Shown here piece by piece: positions 39,549 to 49,134 of a DNA stretch of 54,883 nucleotides. Below the pieces are notes generated by a model that saw only the letters and a list, made by a program, of their open reading frames with translations, was not told the origin of the DNA and made no database searches. Position 1 is the stretch's first letter; every line of letters begins with the position of its first letter. Position numbers and translations under genes: made by a program. Origin of the DNA: Candidatus Kaiserbacteria bacterium (lineage in GTDB: Bacteria > Patescibacteriota > Minisyncoccia > Phycocordibacterales > Phycocordibacteraceae); the NCBI GenBank assembly GCA_963813065.1, contig CAWEXP010000007.1:1-54883 (forward strand), read 5' to 3'.

Positions 39549-39791
39549 TCGCCCTAGGCTTTGTTCGTAAAAGATATATTGTGCGAAGTCTGTCTATTGA
39601 GGAAAGGCGGCCTCTAGACGGTGCCCTGCTGTCGGCTTGGCTCGGGAAAAGTTCGATCTATCCACATTCCACTTGCGCACAATTGTGCGTATACTTCTAT
39701 GGCAAAGACCCCTTGTTGCGAGCCTTGGGGTCTTTGCATTTCCTGAGCGGGGCAGACGGGCGATCTAAAACTACGGGTATTTGTGGGGGAG

Positions 39792-40181
39792 TCACTTCCC
39801 TACTCCACCTGCTCGGATGGGCACGGATGTGACCTGAGGAATGCTTAATTCTCTAAGTGAGGGATCTGTTTGACTCGGGAGAGACATTTGTACAGATACT
39901 TTTCCATCCACTTTATCCAACAAGCGATCATTAGAATCCGTCCAGGAAAGCAGGACCATAATAAATACTCCGATAATCGCAGTAACCATTGCCGCGGCAG
40001 TAAATACAAGAAGAACAAAACCACCCACAATCCAGTTTTTCTGTTCTTTGAAATCTTCTTTAAGACCTACAATTGTATTTACGATTCGGGCAAGCTCTGC
40101 CGGGTTAATCGGAGTATCGCCACCAACGTAAGATTTCCCTAGACTCTCACCCGACGACGGTAAGTTATTGAAGTCCGCCAT
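39792..40181 (-). CDS. hypothetical membrane protein
   Basis: AT-rich ORF with a long hydrophobic segment; overlaps the upstream gene end. Confidence 0.55.
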   Translation of the reverse strand: MADFNNLPSSGESLGKSYVGGDTPINPAELARIVNTIVGLKEDFKEQKNWIVGGFVLLVFTAAAMVTAIIGVFIMVLLSWTDSNDRLLDKVDGKVSVQMSLPSQTDPSLRELSIPQVTSVPIRAGGVGK

Positions 40182-40584
40182 GAACTTGGAAAGATCCGAA
40201 ACGTTCGTCCTTTGTAGGCTTCTCATCGTTTAGAAGCACTTCTATCGAATATTCCCCAGGCATAGAGAAGTCTACAAGAGAGAAATAAGCAATGAATTGA
40301 ACCCCTCGACCTTTTTCGAATCCTCCATTTAGTTCTGCGGAACGGTGCTGGGCGCCATCCGGATTTAATATTTTTACCGTTACTTTGCCTTTCGTGCCTA
40401 CAGGCACATCAGTTTTTGTATAAAGCTGTCCTGCAATCACGAAATTCAATGCAACAGATCTTTCCCCTTCTGGAATTTTTATATCAGTAAAAATCCCTAT
40501 AGCACTCAACTTCTGGGTTTTCTCATCAACAAACGCAGCGTCCGCAACAAACAAATACTTTAGGCTACTGGGCATATGCTTCAA
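40165..40584 (-). CDS. DUF6941-like beta-rich hypothetical protein
   Basis: LFVADAAFVD...KLSAIGIF N-terminus and PGEYSIEV C-terminus. Confidence 0.6.
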   Translation of the reverse strand: MKHMPSSLKYLFVADAAFVDEKTQKLSAIGIFTDIKIPEGERSVALNFVIAGQLYTKTDVPVGTKGKVTVKILNPDGAQHRSAELNGGFEKGRGVQFIAYFSLVDFSMPGEYSIEVLLNDEKPTKDERFGSFQVHGGLQ

Positions 40585-40634
40585 GTATAGATTAGTTATT
40601 TGTCTAATGCCATAGGTGTATGATAGAGCCTATT

Positions 40635-40877
40635 ATGAACATCAACGACATCCCAAAGAAAGTGATGGACTCGGCAACCATTGGCCACAACGCTAACCTT
40701 TTTTTAGTGGTATTCACCACTGGGAATGAGAATCATGGGTTTGCTCTACTGCCCGAAGGAGCGAAGGCATTTTACCAAAATCTAGGCAATCACATAGTCG
40801 AATACGAAAAGACTGTGCGACCAATCAATACGGCAGGTCTTGCTCCAGAAATTGTTTCCCCATTTCAAAAGCAATAA
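40635..40877 (+). CDS. DUF3467-like hypothetical protein
   Basis: LLPEGAKAF..NL...I.EYEK....I pattern. Confidence 0.55.
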   Translation: MNINDIPKKVMDSATIGHNANLFLVVFTTGNENHGFALLPEGAKAFYQNLGNHIVEYEKTVRPINTAGLAPEIVSPFQKQ

Positions 40878-40887
40878 AAGACAGGTT

Positions 40888-40998
40888 TTACTTCGTCGCG
40901 ATGATGACGACTTGGACGAGGCTGATGAGGGTGCTCAAGAAGCCGGTCCAGAAGGCGTAGATCTCGAGTTTGTCGCCGAATCCTTTTTTACGAGCCAT
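40888..40998 (-). CDS. small single-TM protein (36 aa), not in ORF track
   Basis: MARKKGFGDKLEIYAFWTGFLSTLISLVQVVIIATK; paralogous to the neighbouring gene. Confidence 0.75.
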   Translation of the reverse strand: MARKKGFGDKLEIYAFWTGFLSTLISLVQVVIIATK

Positions 40999-41017
40999 AT
41001 ATAAAGAGTGTAGCAAA

Positions 41018-41179
41018 TTATTTCTTGATTGCGATGATAATCACATCGGCGAGCGAAATGATGGTGCTGAAGAGGCCGGTGAAGAACGCGTACATTTGGA
41101 GGCGGTCGGAGCGACGCGACTTCTTCTTGTGGGATAGTGGCGCGCCGACGAGGCGTCTCTGGCTGTAGTCGAGGCTCAT
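41018..41179 (-). CDS. small single-TM protein (53 aa), not in ORF track
   Basis: MSLDYSQRRLVGAPLSHKKKSRRSDRLQMYAFFTGLFSTIISLADVIIIAIKK; ATGA overlap with the LOG-family gene. Confidence 0.75.
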   Translation of the reverse strand: MSLDYSQRRLVGAPLSHKKKSRRSDRLQMYAFFTGLFSTIISLADVIIIAIKK

Positions 41180-41914
41180 GGTTGGCGTGGCGTATGCGCA
41201 AGCACGTAGTCATAGGCCTCGTCGACCGAATCGACGACGTGATAGAGCTCGCGATCCTCGGGGTTGATGTTGTGATGCTGTTCGAGGATGGTCGTGTCGA
41301 TGAAGGCGAGGAGCGGTGCCCAGTATGCCCTACCGAAGAGGATGATCGGGACAGGCTGGATCTTCTTGGTCTGGACGAGCGTGAGGATTTCAAAAAATTC
41401 ATCGAGCGTGCCGAAGCCGCCGGGGAAATAGATGTAGACCTGCGAGGCGTAGGTCAGCATCACCTTGCGCACGAAGAAATGATCGAAGCTGAACTCGTCG
41501 GTGAGATATTTGTTGTAGGCCTGCGCACTCGGCAGATTGATATTCAACCCTACCGATGCCCCACCAGCCTCGAAGGCGCCCTTATTTGCCGCCTGCATGA
41601 TGCCCGCCGCCGCGCCGGTGATGACCGCAAACCCTTGCTTGGACAATCGGCTCGCGAGCTCGGATGCGGCCTTGTAGTCAGCGTCCTCGGGCAGAGTGCG
41701 CGCAGAGCCGAAGAAGGATACGGCGAGCCCGTAGCGGCTGATGAGGTCAAAGCCTTCGACGAATTCGCTCATGATACGGAAGATGCGCCACGACTCGATG
41801 CGCTCGGGCTTGCGCACGAGGCATCGGGCGCTCGGCGGGCAGAGTCGCGTGACCGTCTTGGATAGTCCCGACGAGGTCGGCGGCACGGGCGTGCGAAGAA
41901 GGATCAGGATTCAT
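41176..41914 (-). CDS. LOG family (TIGR00730-like) Rossmann-fold protein, probable frameshift near 41821
   Basis: SWRIFRIMSEF, FFGSAR, GIMQAAN, PGGFGTLDE. ATG 41914 lies 7 nt after TGCTAGAAT. Confidence 0.88.
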
Positions 41915-41932
41915 GTGGGTAATTCTAGCAGA

Positions 41933-42280
41933 TTACGGCACGCTACAGCCGCTCGCGCGTTGATAGCCAAAGGCCTCGGCTTCGGCAGCAGAGTCGAAGT
42001 AGACTTTATTTGCCTCGGCAATGCGCCCCGCGCCCGCGCACCCAATCGGATAATACTTCGTACTATTCTTCGAGGCGACGAAGAGCGCGGTCGAGGAGCT
42101 GATAGTGGGTGGCGCCTGGGTGATTGAGATTGGCTCTGCCCCACTGCCCTCTTGCCCCGCGAGGAATCCGAGCCCGAAGGAGGCACTGGAGGCGAGGAGC
42201 AGAATGGCGAGCAGGAGGAGGTCGCGCGGCACCCGGGCGAGCGCCGTTTTGCATTTTTCCCGCACATTTGCTATAGTCAT
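41933..42280 (-). CDS. membrane-anchored protein with Ada-like metal-binding domain remnant
   Basis: TM helix then FVASKNSTKYY..C....I...N..YF.S..EA...GY. Confidence 0.7.
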   Translation of the reverse strand: MTIANVREKCKTALARVPRDLLLLAILLLASSASFGLGFLAGQEGSGAEPISITQAPPTISSSTALFVASKNSTKYYPIGCAGAGRIAEANKVYFDSAAEAEAFGYQRASGCSVP

Positions 42281-42299
42281 CAGGTAAAACTATACCACT

Positions 42300-42575
42300 A
42301 TGGCATCAACTAAAGCCGGCGGATCAGCAAAGAACCTCAACGACTCGAACCCGAAATATCTCGGTGTCAAACTCGCGGACGGTGCCTCTGCCCGCCCAGG
42401 GATGGTGATTGTCCGCCAGCGCGGCACGCGCATCGAGGCCGGCAAGAATGTCCGCGTCGGCAAGGACCACACCCTCTTCGCTATCGCCACCGGCAAGGTG
42501 AGCTACCGTACCCGCCGCAAAACCTCCTTTGACGGTCGCGTTTCGCAGAAGAAAGTCGCGGACGTGATTGCGTAA
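42300..42575 (+). CDS. rpmA: 50S ribosomal protein L27
   Basis: KAGGS..N..DS..KYLGVK, IVRQRGT, GKDHTLFA. Confidence 0.97.
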   Translation: MASTKAGGSAKNLNDSNPKYLGVKLADGASARPGMVIVRQRGTRIEAGKNVRVGKDHTLFAIATGKVSYRTRRKTSFDGRVSQKKVADVIA

Positions 42576-42580
42576 CGAAC

Positions 42581-42624
42581 AAGAAAACCCCGCGCTCGCC
42601 TCTCGGCGAGCGCGGGGTTTTCTT
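42581..42624. terminator. bidirectional terminator between rpmA and rplI
   Basis: 20-bp perfect stem AAGAAAACCCCGCGCTCGCC-tctc-GGCGAGCGCGGGGTTTTCTT. Confidence 0.85.
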
Positions 42625-42628
42625 TTAC

Positions 42629-43072
42629 TTATTCCGCTTCAATAGTGATGGAAAACTTGCCGAATGTTTCGCCCGCAGAAACAGGGATGTCGAACGCGCC
42701 GAGCTCCTTGATTGGCTTCTCGAGCTTGATGGCATCTTCGGGGAGATCGATATGCGCCTGCTCCTTGGCCGCGAGAGAAATCTCGGGAGCGCCGACGGCG
42801 TCGTAAAGGTGACCCTTCTCGTTTGCCTTGGCTTTCACCACGATGCGCGCTTCGGCGAGGCTCGCGATATTTTGCTCGAGCAATTTTGCATCCACCTGCT
42901 TGCGCTCGGCGGCCTGCGTGCGGTGGAGCTCGGCCTTCTTCAGCTCTGCGGGCGTCGCGGCGACCGCGAGCTTCTGCGGTATCAAATAATTAAACGCGTA
43001 CCCGTCCTTGGTCTCGATGACCTCGTGTGCGCGGCCCATCTTCTTCACATCCTTCAGCAATATGACTTTCAT
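42629..43072 (-). CDS. rplI: 50S ribosomal protein L9
   Basis: MKVILLKDV..G, KDGYAFNYLIP, PIKELG. Confidence 0.96.
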   Translation of the reverse strand: MKVILLKDVKKMGRAHEVIETKDGYAFNYLIPQKLAVAATPAELKKAELHRTQAAERKQVDAKLLEQNIASLAEARIVVKAKANEKGHLYDAVGAPEISLAAKEQAHIDLPEDAIKLEKPIKELGAFDIPVSAGETFGKFSITIEAE

Positions 43073-43089
43073 GGTGCTACCCTACTCTA

Positions 43090-44337
43090 TTATTTTCCGG
43101 TAGTCAAAAACTGCACCGCGCGGGCGTATTGCGGGTCGCCACTGGTGTCGGCGGTGAAGTGCGGCGTGGAAGTCGCGATGCCAATCTTAATATCCGGCGT
43201 GACGCCGTTGCCCATGATCCAGTGGCCCGCGGGCGTAATCCACCGCGCGACCGTCACCTTGAGCGAGCCGCCATCAATGGTAACCAACTGTTGGACCGAG
43301 CCCTTGCCGAAGGATTGCGCGCCGATAATTTCTGCAGAGTGAGAATCTTGGAGCGCACCGGCCAAAATTTCTGATGCGGAGGCCGAGCCGCCGTCGACGA
43401 GCACCGCGACCTTGGTCCCTGCGGGCAGGTCGCTGTAGCCGAGGCTCGTGTGCGTGTCGCTCGGCTGTTTGCCATCGAAGTCTTCGGTCACGATAGTCGC
43501 CCCCTTGGGCAGGAAGTGACTCGCGATGTCCACCGCCGCATCGAGATACCCGCCTGGGTTGCCGCGCAAGTCGATGACGAGCAGTTTCGCGCCCGAAGCC
43601 TTGAAGCGCGCGTAGGCCTGGTCGAAGAGGTCGGCAGAATTAGAGGTGAATTCGTAGAGCGCGATATGGTAGACGCCGCTCGCGGCATCGATACCATCCT
43701 CGGTCTCGGGGACTTGGATAGTCTGGCGCACAATTTTAATATCGAGCAATTTCCCGTTACGCACAATCGAGAGATCGACGGTAGTGCCAATGGGCCCACG
43801 AATGTTGCTTACCGCTTCATCGACCGACATGCCATCGGTCGCTTTACCATTGATTGCCGCAATCTGGTCGCCCGCGAGGACGCCCGCAAGCATCGCCGGG
43901 GTCCCCTTCAAGGGCGCGGTCACGGTCAGCACATTATTCTTAATATCGATCTCGGCACCGATGCCCGCGAAACTGCCGGAGATAGTGTCGGAGAATTGTT
44001 TCGCTTGCACGGGCGGGAAGAAGACGGTGTACGGATCGCCGTAGCTCGCCGCGAGTCCTTGGATCGCGCCGTAGATGCGCGTTTGGACCGAGGGCATGGT
44101 CGACGATGCGTGCGTGATGACGTAGTCGGCATTGAGCTCGTTCCACGCCTTCCAGAAATCGGCGAGGTCGGCAGATTGGTCCGGCGTGGCGTCGAGCCCA
44201 TCGCCAATCAAGGGGACGTGCGAAATAACCGACGACGTGCCGCTCCCGCCGCCGCTCACGAACATCCCGAGACCGAAAGCGACCGCCGCCACGAGCGCGT
44301 AGGATACGCCCTGTATCAAAATCTTTTTCAACGCCAT
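43090..44337 (-). CDS. S41 carboxyl-terminal processing protease with PDZ domain
   Basis: DPYT, GIG, IDLRGNPGG, SASASEI, SFGKGSVQ. Confidence 0.95.
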   Translation of the reverse strand: MALKKILIQGVSYALVAAVAFGLGMFVSGGGSGTSSVISHVPLIGDGLDATPDQSADLADFWKAWNELNADYVITHASSTMPSVQTRIYGAIQGLAASYGDPYTVFFPPVQAKQFSDTISGSFAGIGAEIDIKNNVLTVTAPLKGTPAMLAGVLAGDQIAAINGKATDGMSVDEAVSNIRGPIGTTVDLSIVRNGKLLDIKIVRQTIQVPETEDGIDAASGVYHIALYEFTSNSADLFDQAYARFKASGAKLLVIDLRGNPGGYLDAAVDIASHFLPKGATIVTEDFDGKQPSDTHTSLGYSDLPAGTKVAVLVDGGSASASEILAGALQDSHSAEIIGAQSFGKGSVQQLVTIDGGSLKVTVARWITPAGHWIMGNGVTPDIKIGIATSTPHFTADTSGDPQYARAVQFLTTGK

Positions 44338-44379
44338 TCTTGGAGAGTATAGCATCTTGCCCTACATTAAGTCATGGAC

Positions 44380-45351
44380 TTATTTCTCGACACGGAATTT
44401 CATCCGCCCATGATTCTCCTCGTATTCTAATTCCTCGATTTTCAATCCCTCCATCGGATTAAGAAGGCCGCTGGTCTTTCCTCCGTCGCAACGGATGATT
44501 GGCACACGTTTCTCGCGTAGCACCTCCGCAAGATGTTTCGCATAATTTGAATTCCTGCCGCTCTCCTCGCGAGCGAGGTGCCATAACGTATCGAGCCATT
44601 CATCAAAACGTCTTTCTCGCGCTTCGCGAGAATCGGACTCGGCAACATAATATTCTGAACTAGGGTCGTTCTTAGTGTCGTCAAGAATATGATCGAAATT
44701 ATCGTCCCTGAGCATCTCGGCACGCACTTCGTCGCGGGAAATATTTGGATTCGCGAGGCCGAGCATGCGATATTTTAGATACGGATCGTCTCCTTCCCGT
44801 GATGGGTTGTAGATGACATCCACTCCTTCCAAGTCTTCCGGTTTGAGATCGTGTATCTCGCCACAGATGGTGACACCAATATTGGTCTCGGGAATACGGT
44901 GCATCGGCTTTATCTCCCACGCTTTTGGGAATGCATATATGAAGCCGTCCGCACCGAAATAAAAACCAACAGTCTCGATCCGACCGTCATTTGGCGCGAC
45001 ATCGCCTTCGAACCGGATACCAGCACTACTGAGTTGTTCTCGGCGGGTCTCCCATGCAACTGGGAGATGATTTATCCCGATGTTGGTGGGGGCCATTACA
45101 ACGTTCGTTCCGTGTTCTTGCGCCAATCGAGAAATTTCGTGAGCAAATTTAACTACATCGTCAACCGATAACTCATACTCGTCCAACATAAGGGTCTTCC
45201 CTCCACGTTCCGAGAGCAATTTCTCCGCGATATTCAGAAACTCTTTAACTGTCTCGCAGTAATGCAAGAAGACGACATCGTCCTCAAAAAACCGATGCTT
45301 TTCGATATTATCTTCTGACGGCTGGGGAATTCCATTCGGGACCGCTTCCAT
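44380..45351 (-). CDS. hypothetical protein, probable divergent nitrilase-superfamily fold
   Basis: LDEY, FPK and IGVTICGE in E-K-C order, followed by DVIYNPS. Confidence 0.55.
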   Translation of the reverse strand: MEAVPNGIPQPSEDNIEKHRFFEDDVVFLHYCETVKEFLNIAEKLLSERGGKTLMLDEYELSVDDVVKFAHEISRLAQEHGTNVVMAPTNIGINHLPVAWETRREQLSSAGIRFEGDVAPNDGRIETVGFYFGADGFIYAFPKAWEIKPMHRIPETNIGVTICGEIHDLKPEDLEGVDVIYNPSREGDDPYLKYRMLGLANPNISRDEVRAEMLRDDNFDHILDDTKNDPSSEYYVAESDSREARERRFDEWLDTLWHLAREESGRNSNYAKHLAEVLREKRVPIIRCDGGKTSGLLNPMEGLKIEELEYEENHGRMKFRVEK

Positions 45352-45392
45352 ACACTTAGGATAGCACTTTACCTGATGCTATACTTTTCACC

Positions 45393-46313
45393 ATGATCTT
45401 CCGGCACGAGCACAAGGGCGGAGTCTGGATCGATATCGAACAGCCGACCGACGAGGAGATACGGAAAGTCTCGCGCGAGCTCGGCATCAATGAGCGCGTC
45501 GAGGCCGAGCTCCTTGCGCCGACGCCGCTTCCACTCGTCACCGGCGACGCCGATTTCATGCTCCTCGTGCTCCACTTCCCCACTCACGATATCGAGGCCG
45601 AGACGACCAAAGACCAGGAGGTCGACTTTGTCGTGGGGCGGAAGTTTGTGCTCACCGTACGCTACGAGGTCGTGGCGCCACTCCACCACCTGCGCAAATT
45701 GCTCGAGACCGAACAGCTCGTCGGCGGTGGCACCGACTTCCCCACCGACACCCTGCTCGAGATACTCTTCGCACACCTCTTCAGCGCCGTGCGTGATCAC
45801 ACCAACCACATCGCGACGCGCCTCGGCCACATCGAACGCGACATGTTCAATGGCCGCGAGCGCGAGACCGTCCGCGAAATCTCGAACGTCAGCCGCGAGT
45901 TCCTCCATCTCGAAGCGGCGCTCGCGAGCCAGGAGGAGCCGCTCTCACGCTTTTTTAAGGCGCTCGGGGCGCGCCATTTTTTCGACGGGACGCTTGCCGA
46001 GCGCTCTGCCCGCATCCTCGCCGAGCGCGCACAAGTCGCACGACTCATCGGCACCCACCGCGCGGTCGCGACCGAACTCCGCGAGACCAACGCCGCACTT
46101 CTCAATGCGACCCAGAACGAGATCGTCAAGACGCTCACCGTCGTCACCTTCATCATTCTGCCGCTCGAGCTTGTGGTAAATATATTCGGCTTCGACTTCG
46201 TCGATGCACCCTTTGCACATCTGCCGCATGAATTCTGGATCGTTATGGCAATACTCCTTGCTATCGCGGGCATCTTAACGATCTTTTTCGCGCGTAAGCG
46301 TTGGATTTTCTAG
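45393..46313 (+). CDS. CorA family divalent cation transporter
   Basis: WIDIEQP, NEIVKTLTVVT.I.LP, two C-terminal TM helices ending RKRW. Confidence 0.88.
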   Translation: MIFRHEHKGGVWIDIEQPTDEEIRKVSRELGINERVEAELLAPTPLPLVTGDADFMLLVLHFPTHDIEAETTKDQEVDFVVGRKFVLTVRYEVVAPLHHLRKLLETEQLVGGGTDFPTDTLLEILFAHLFSAVRDHTNHIATRLGHIERDMFNGRERETVREISNVSREFLHLEAALASQEEPLSRFFKALGARHFFDGTLAERSARILAERAQVARLIGTHRAVATELRETNAALLNATQNEIVKTLTVVTFIILPLELVVNIFGFDFVDAPFAHLPHEFWIVMAILLAIAGILTIFFARKRWIF

Positions 46314-46314
46314 T

Positions 46315-47760
46315 ATGGCTTGGTTCTCTCGATTCTTCACGACTCGCTCTGCGCAGGAACGACCGAAGCCGCAACTCTTTTTCCACAACACACTCTCGGA
46401 CAAAAAAGAACTGTTCATCCCGCTCAAGCCCGGTCGCGTGAGCATGTATTCTTGCGGCCCGACGGTCTATAACCGTCAACATATTGGCAATCTGCGCGGT
46501 AACGTCTTTTCCGACACCATCGCACGGACACTGGAGGGTGCCGGCTACTACGTGCGTCGCGTGACCAACATTACCGACGTTGGCCACTTAGTGAGTGACG
46601 AAGACGAAGGAGAAGATAAAATGGCGCTCGGTGCCGCGCGCGAGAAAAAATCTCCGGACGAAATTGCCACACGCTACACCAAACTTTTTAAAGACGATCT
46701 CGCTGAGCTGAACGTCGCGATTGAAGATATCGAATTTCCTCGCGCAACCGAATACATCAAAGAGCAAATTGCGCTCGCCAAGACGCTTGAAGAAAAGGGT
46801 TTTGCATATCGTTTGCCTGACGGCCTCTATTTCGATATCGAAAAGTTTCCTGGCTATGGCAAGCTGGGTGGCATTCATGCGGACACGCGCCCCGTCCGCG
46901 CACGCATCGGCGCGGTAGCCGGAAAGAAGAATCCTCATGACTTTGCACTCTGGCGCACTGCAAAGCCACACGATCTCCAGCAGTGGGATTCGCCCTGGGG
47001 CCGTGGCAATCCGGGCTGGCACATCGAATGCTCGGCGATGATTCGCGCTCTCCTTGGCCCCGAAATCGATATTCATACGGGCGGCGAGGATTTGGTGAGT
47101 GTGCATCACAATGACGAGATTGCACAATCGGAAGCCGCAGGGAGTCGGACGTTCGTGCGCTACTGGATGCACAACGCCTTTCTCACGATGAACGGAGACA
47201 AAATCTCGAAGTCACTCGGCAATGTGGTGTATCTCTCGGACGTTGTTGCGAAGGGATACGCGCCACTCGCGCTCCGCTATTTCTTCCTCCAGGCGCACTA
47301 TCGCACGCCGATGAGCTTCTCCTGGGACGCCCTCGCCGCCGCAAATGAGGCATTGAGTCGACTCGAGCGCATCGCGCGCGAGGTCCAGGCCGATGCGCGC
47401 GGCAGGAGCAAGGATTCGCCCATTCGCGACCGCTTCCTCGCCCTTATCCGCGACGATCTCGCGACGCCCCAAGCCATCGGCTCACTCTGGGAATCGCTGA
47501 AGAGCGAAGACTATACGCCAGAAGAAAAGTGGGGTCTGATTGAGGATGCCGACCTGCACCTCGGTCTCTCTCTCATTAATGATGATGTGACCGCTGAGCC
47601 TGTACCCGCTCCCGTATTGGAACTCCTCGCCGAGCGGGAAAAGGCTCGTGCCGGGCGAGATTTTGCCTCTGCAGACCGTTTGCGCGCCCTGATTGAGCGC
47701 AGTGGATATCGTGTGGAAGACGGCCCGAACGGCGCGGTGTTGACCAAACGCGTTCGATGA
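46315..47760 (+). CDS. cysS: cysteine--tRNA ligase
   Basis: YSCGPTVY..HIGN, NITDVGH, PGWHIECSAM, KISKS. Confidence 0.97.
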   Translation: MAWFSRFFTTRSAQERPKPQLFFHNTLSDKKELFIPLKPGRVSMYSCGPTVYNRQHIGNLRGNVFSDTIARTLEGAGYYVRRVTNITDVGHLVSDEDEGEDKMALGAAREKKSPDEIATRYTKLFKDDLAELNVAIEDIEFPRATEYIKEQIALAKTLEEKGFAYRLPDGLYFDIEKFPGYGKLGGIHADTRPVRARIGAVAGKKNPHDFALWRTAKPHDLQQWDSPWGRGNPGWHIECSAMIRALLGPEIDIHTGGEDLVSVHHNDEIAQSEAAGSRTFVRYWMHNAFLTMNGDKISKSLGNVVYLSDVVAKGYAPLALRYFFLQAHYRTPMSFSWDALAAANEALSRLERIAREVQADARGRSKDSPIRDRFLALIRDDLATPQAIGSLWESLKSEDYTPEEKWGLIEDADLHLGLSLINDDVTAEPVPAPVLELLAEREKARAGRDFASADRLRALIERSGYRVEDGPNGAVLTKRVR

Positions 47761-47772
47761 TAGAATCGGGCG

Positions 47773-49134
47773 ATGAGTGCCGCTGATCGTGTCCCGCCCC
47801 AGAGTCTCGAATCCGAGCGTGCCTTGCTCGGTGCACTTCTCCTCAAGCCCGACGCCATCCATGACGTCTCGGACCTTATCAAGGCCGATTCTTTTTATGC
47901 AGAAAAACATCGTTTGATTTTCTCGGCGATGCGCGAGCTCGCGGAACGCGGCGAGCCCATCGACCTCCTCACTCTTTCAGAGAGACTCACCGGCCAGGGA
48001 CTGCTTGAGCGCGCGGGTGGCCGGAGTTACTTGGCTGAATTGGCTGCTTCTGCTCCTGCTCCTGGCAACTTCTCTCACTATGCCGATCTCGTCTCGCGCA
48101 AGTTCCTGATGCGTTCGCTCATCGACGCGTCCTACAGCATCACCGAGAGTGCCTACGACGAAGCGCGCGATACGCTCGAAGTGCTCGACACCGCCGAAAA
48201 AGAAATTTATGCCGTCGCGAATAATTCGACCGCACATAAGTTCACCGCCATCGCGGACAAGCTCCACGAAGTCTGGGATCGCATCGAAATGCTGTCGAAG
48301 CAGAAGGATGGCATTCGCGGCGTGCCCTCCGGCTTCCCCGACCTCGACCACCTGCTCTCCGGCTTCCACCCTTCGGACCTCGTCATTCTCGCCGCACGCC
48401 CGTCGGTTGGTAAAACTTCGCTCGCGCTCGATATTGCGCGCAATGCCGCGGTGCGCCACAACGTCCCCGTCGGCATCTTCTCGCTCGAAATGAGTTCCGA
48501 GCAGATTATCGACCGTATGCTCGCGGCCGAATCGTTCGTCAACTCGTGGAAACTGCGCACCGGCCAGGTCAAAGAGGGCGAAGATTTCGATCGCATCCGT
48601 GATGCGCTCGAAGTGCTCTCGAAGGCACCCATCTTTATCGACGACAAGCCAGGTAATAACATTCTCTCGATGCGCGCAGTGGCACGCCGCTTGAAGCGCG
48701 AGAAAGGCGTCGGCCTGATTATCGTCGACTATCTCCAGCTCATGGCGCCGACGAATACGAAAAATTCCGACTCGATGGTCCAGCAAGTCACCGAGATTTC
48801 TCGCTCACTGAAGGGGCTCGCGCGCGAGCTCGAAGTCCCGGTCATCGCGCTCTCCCAGCTCAGCCGCGCCGTCGAGCAGAGAGGCGGCCGCCCGCGCCTC
48901 AGCGACCTGCGCGACTCGGGCTCCATCGAGCAGGATGCCGACGTCGTCATGTTCATCCACCGCGACGACAAGACCAACAAAGAGAGCGAGCGCCCGGGCA
49001 TCGCCGAGATCCTTATCGAGAAACACCGCAACGGCCCGACCGGATCGATCGAACTCTTCTTCGACGAAAAGCGCACGACCTTCCAGCCCGTCGACAAGTC
49101 GGGCTACGGCGAGCTCGCACAAGAATTCGCATGA
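47773..49134 (+). CDS. dnaB: replicative DNA helicase
   Basis: AARPSVGKT, FSLEMS, IVDYLQLM, LSQLSR, SGSIEQDAD. Confidence 0.98.
   Translation: MSAADRVPPQSLESERALLGALLLKPDAIHDVSDLIKADSFYAEKHRLIFSAMRELAERGEPIDLLTLSERLTGQGLLERAGGRSYLAELAASAPAPGNFSHYADLVSRKFLMRSLIDASYSITESAYDEARDTLEVLDTAEKEIYAVANNSTAHKFTAIADKLHEVWDRIEMLSKQKDGIRGVPSGFPDLDHLLSGFHPSDLVILAARPSVGKTSLALDIARNAAVRHNVPVGIFSLEMSSEQIIDRMLAAESFVNSWKLRTGQVKEGEDFDRIRDALEVLSKAPIFIDDKPGNNILSMRAVARRLKREKGVGLIIVDYLQLMAPTNTKNSDSMVQQVTEISRSLKGLARELEVPVIALSQLSRAVEQRGGRPRLSDLRDSGSIEQDADVVMFIHRDDKTNKESERPGIAEILIEKHRNGPTGSIELFFDEKRTTFQPVDKSGYGELAQEFA

Noticed and set aside
42581-42624. 20-bp perfect inverted repeat as a mobile palindrome
   Set aside because: It lies between convergent rpmA and rplI with A and T tails, so a bidirectional terminator explains it fully.
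45362-45385. CIRCE-like inverted repeat TAGCAC...TGCTA
   Set aside because: It does not match TTAGCACTC-N9-GAGTGCTAA, is not near chaperone genes, and is explained by divergent -10 boxes.
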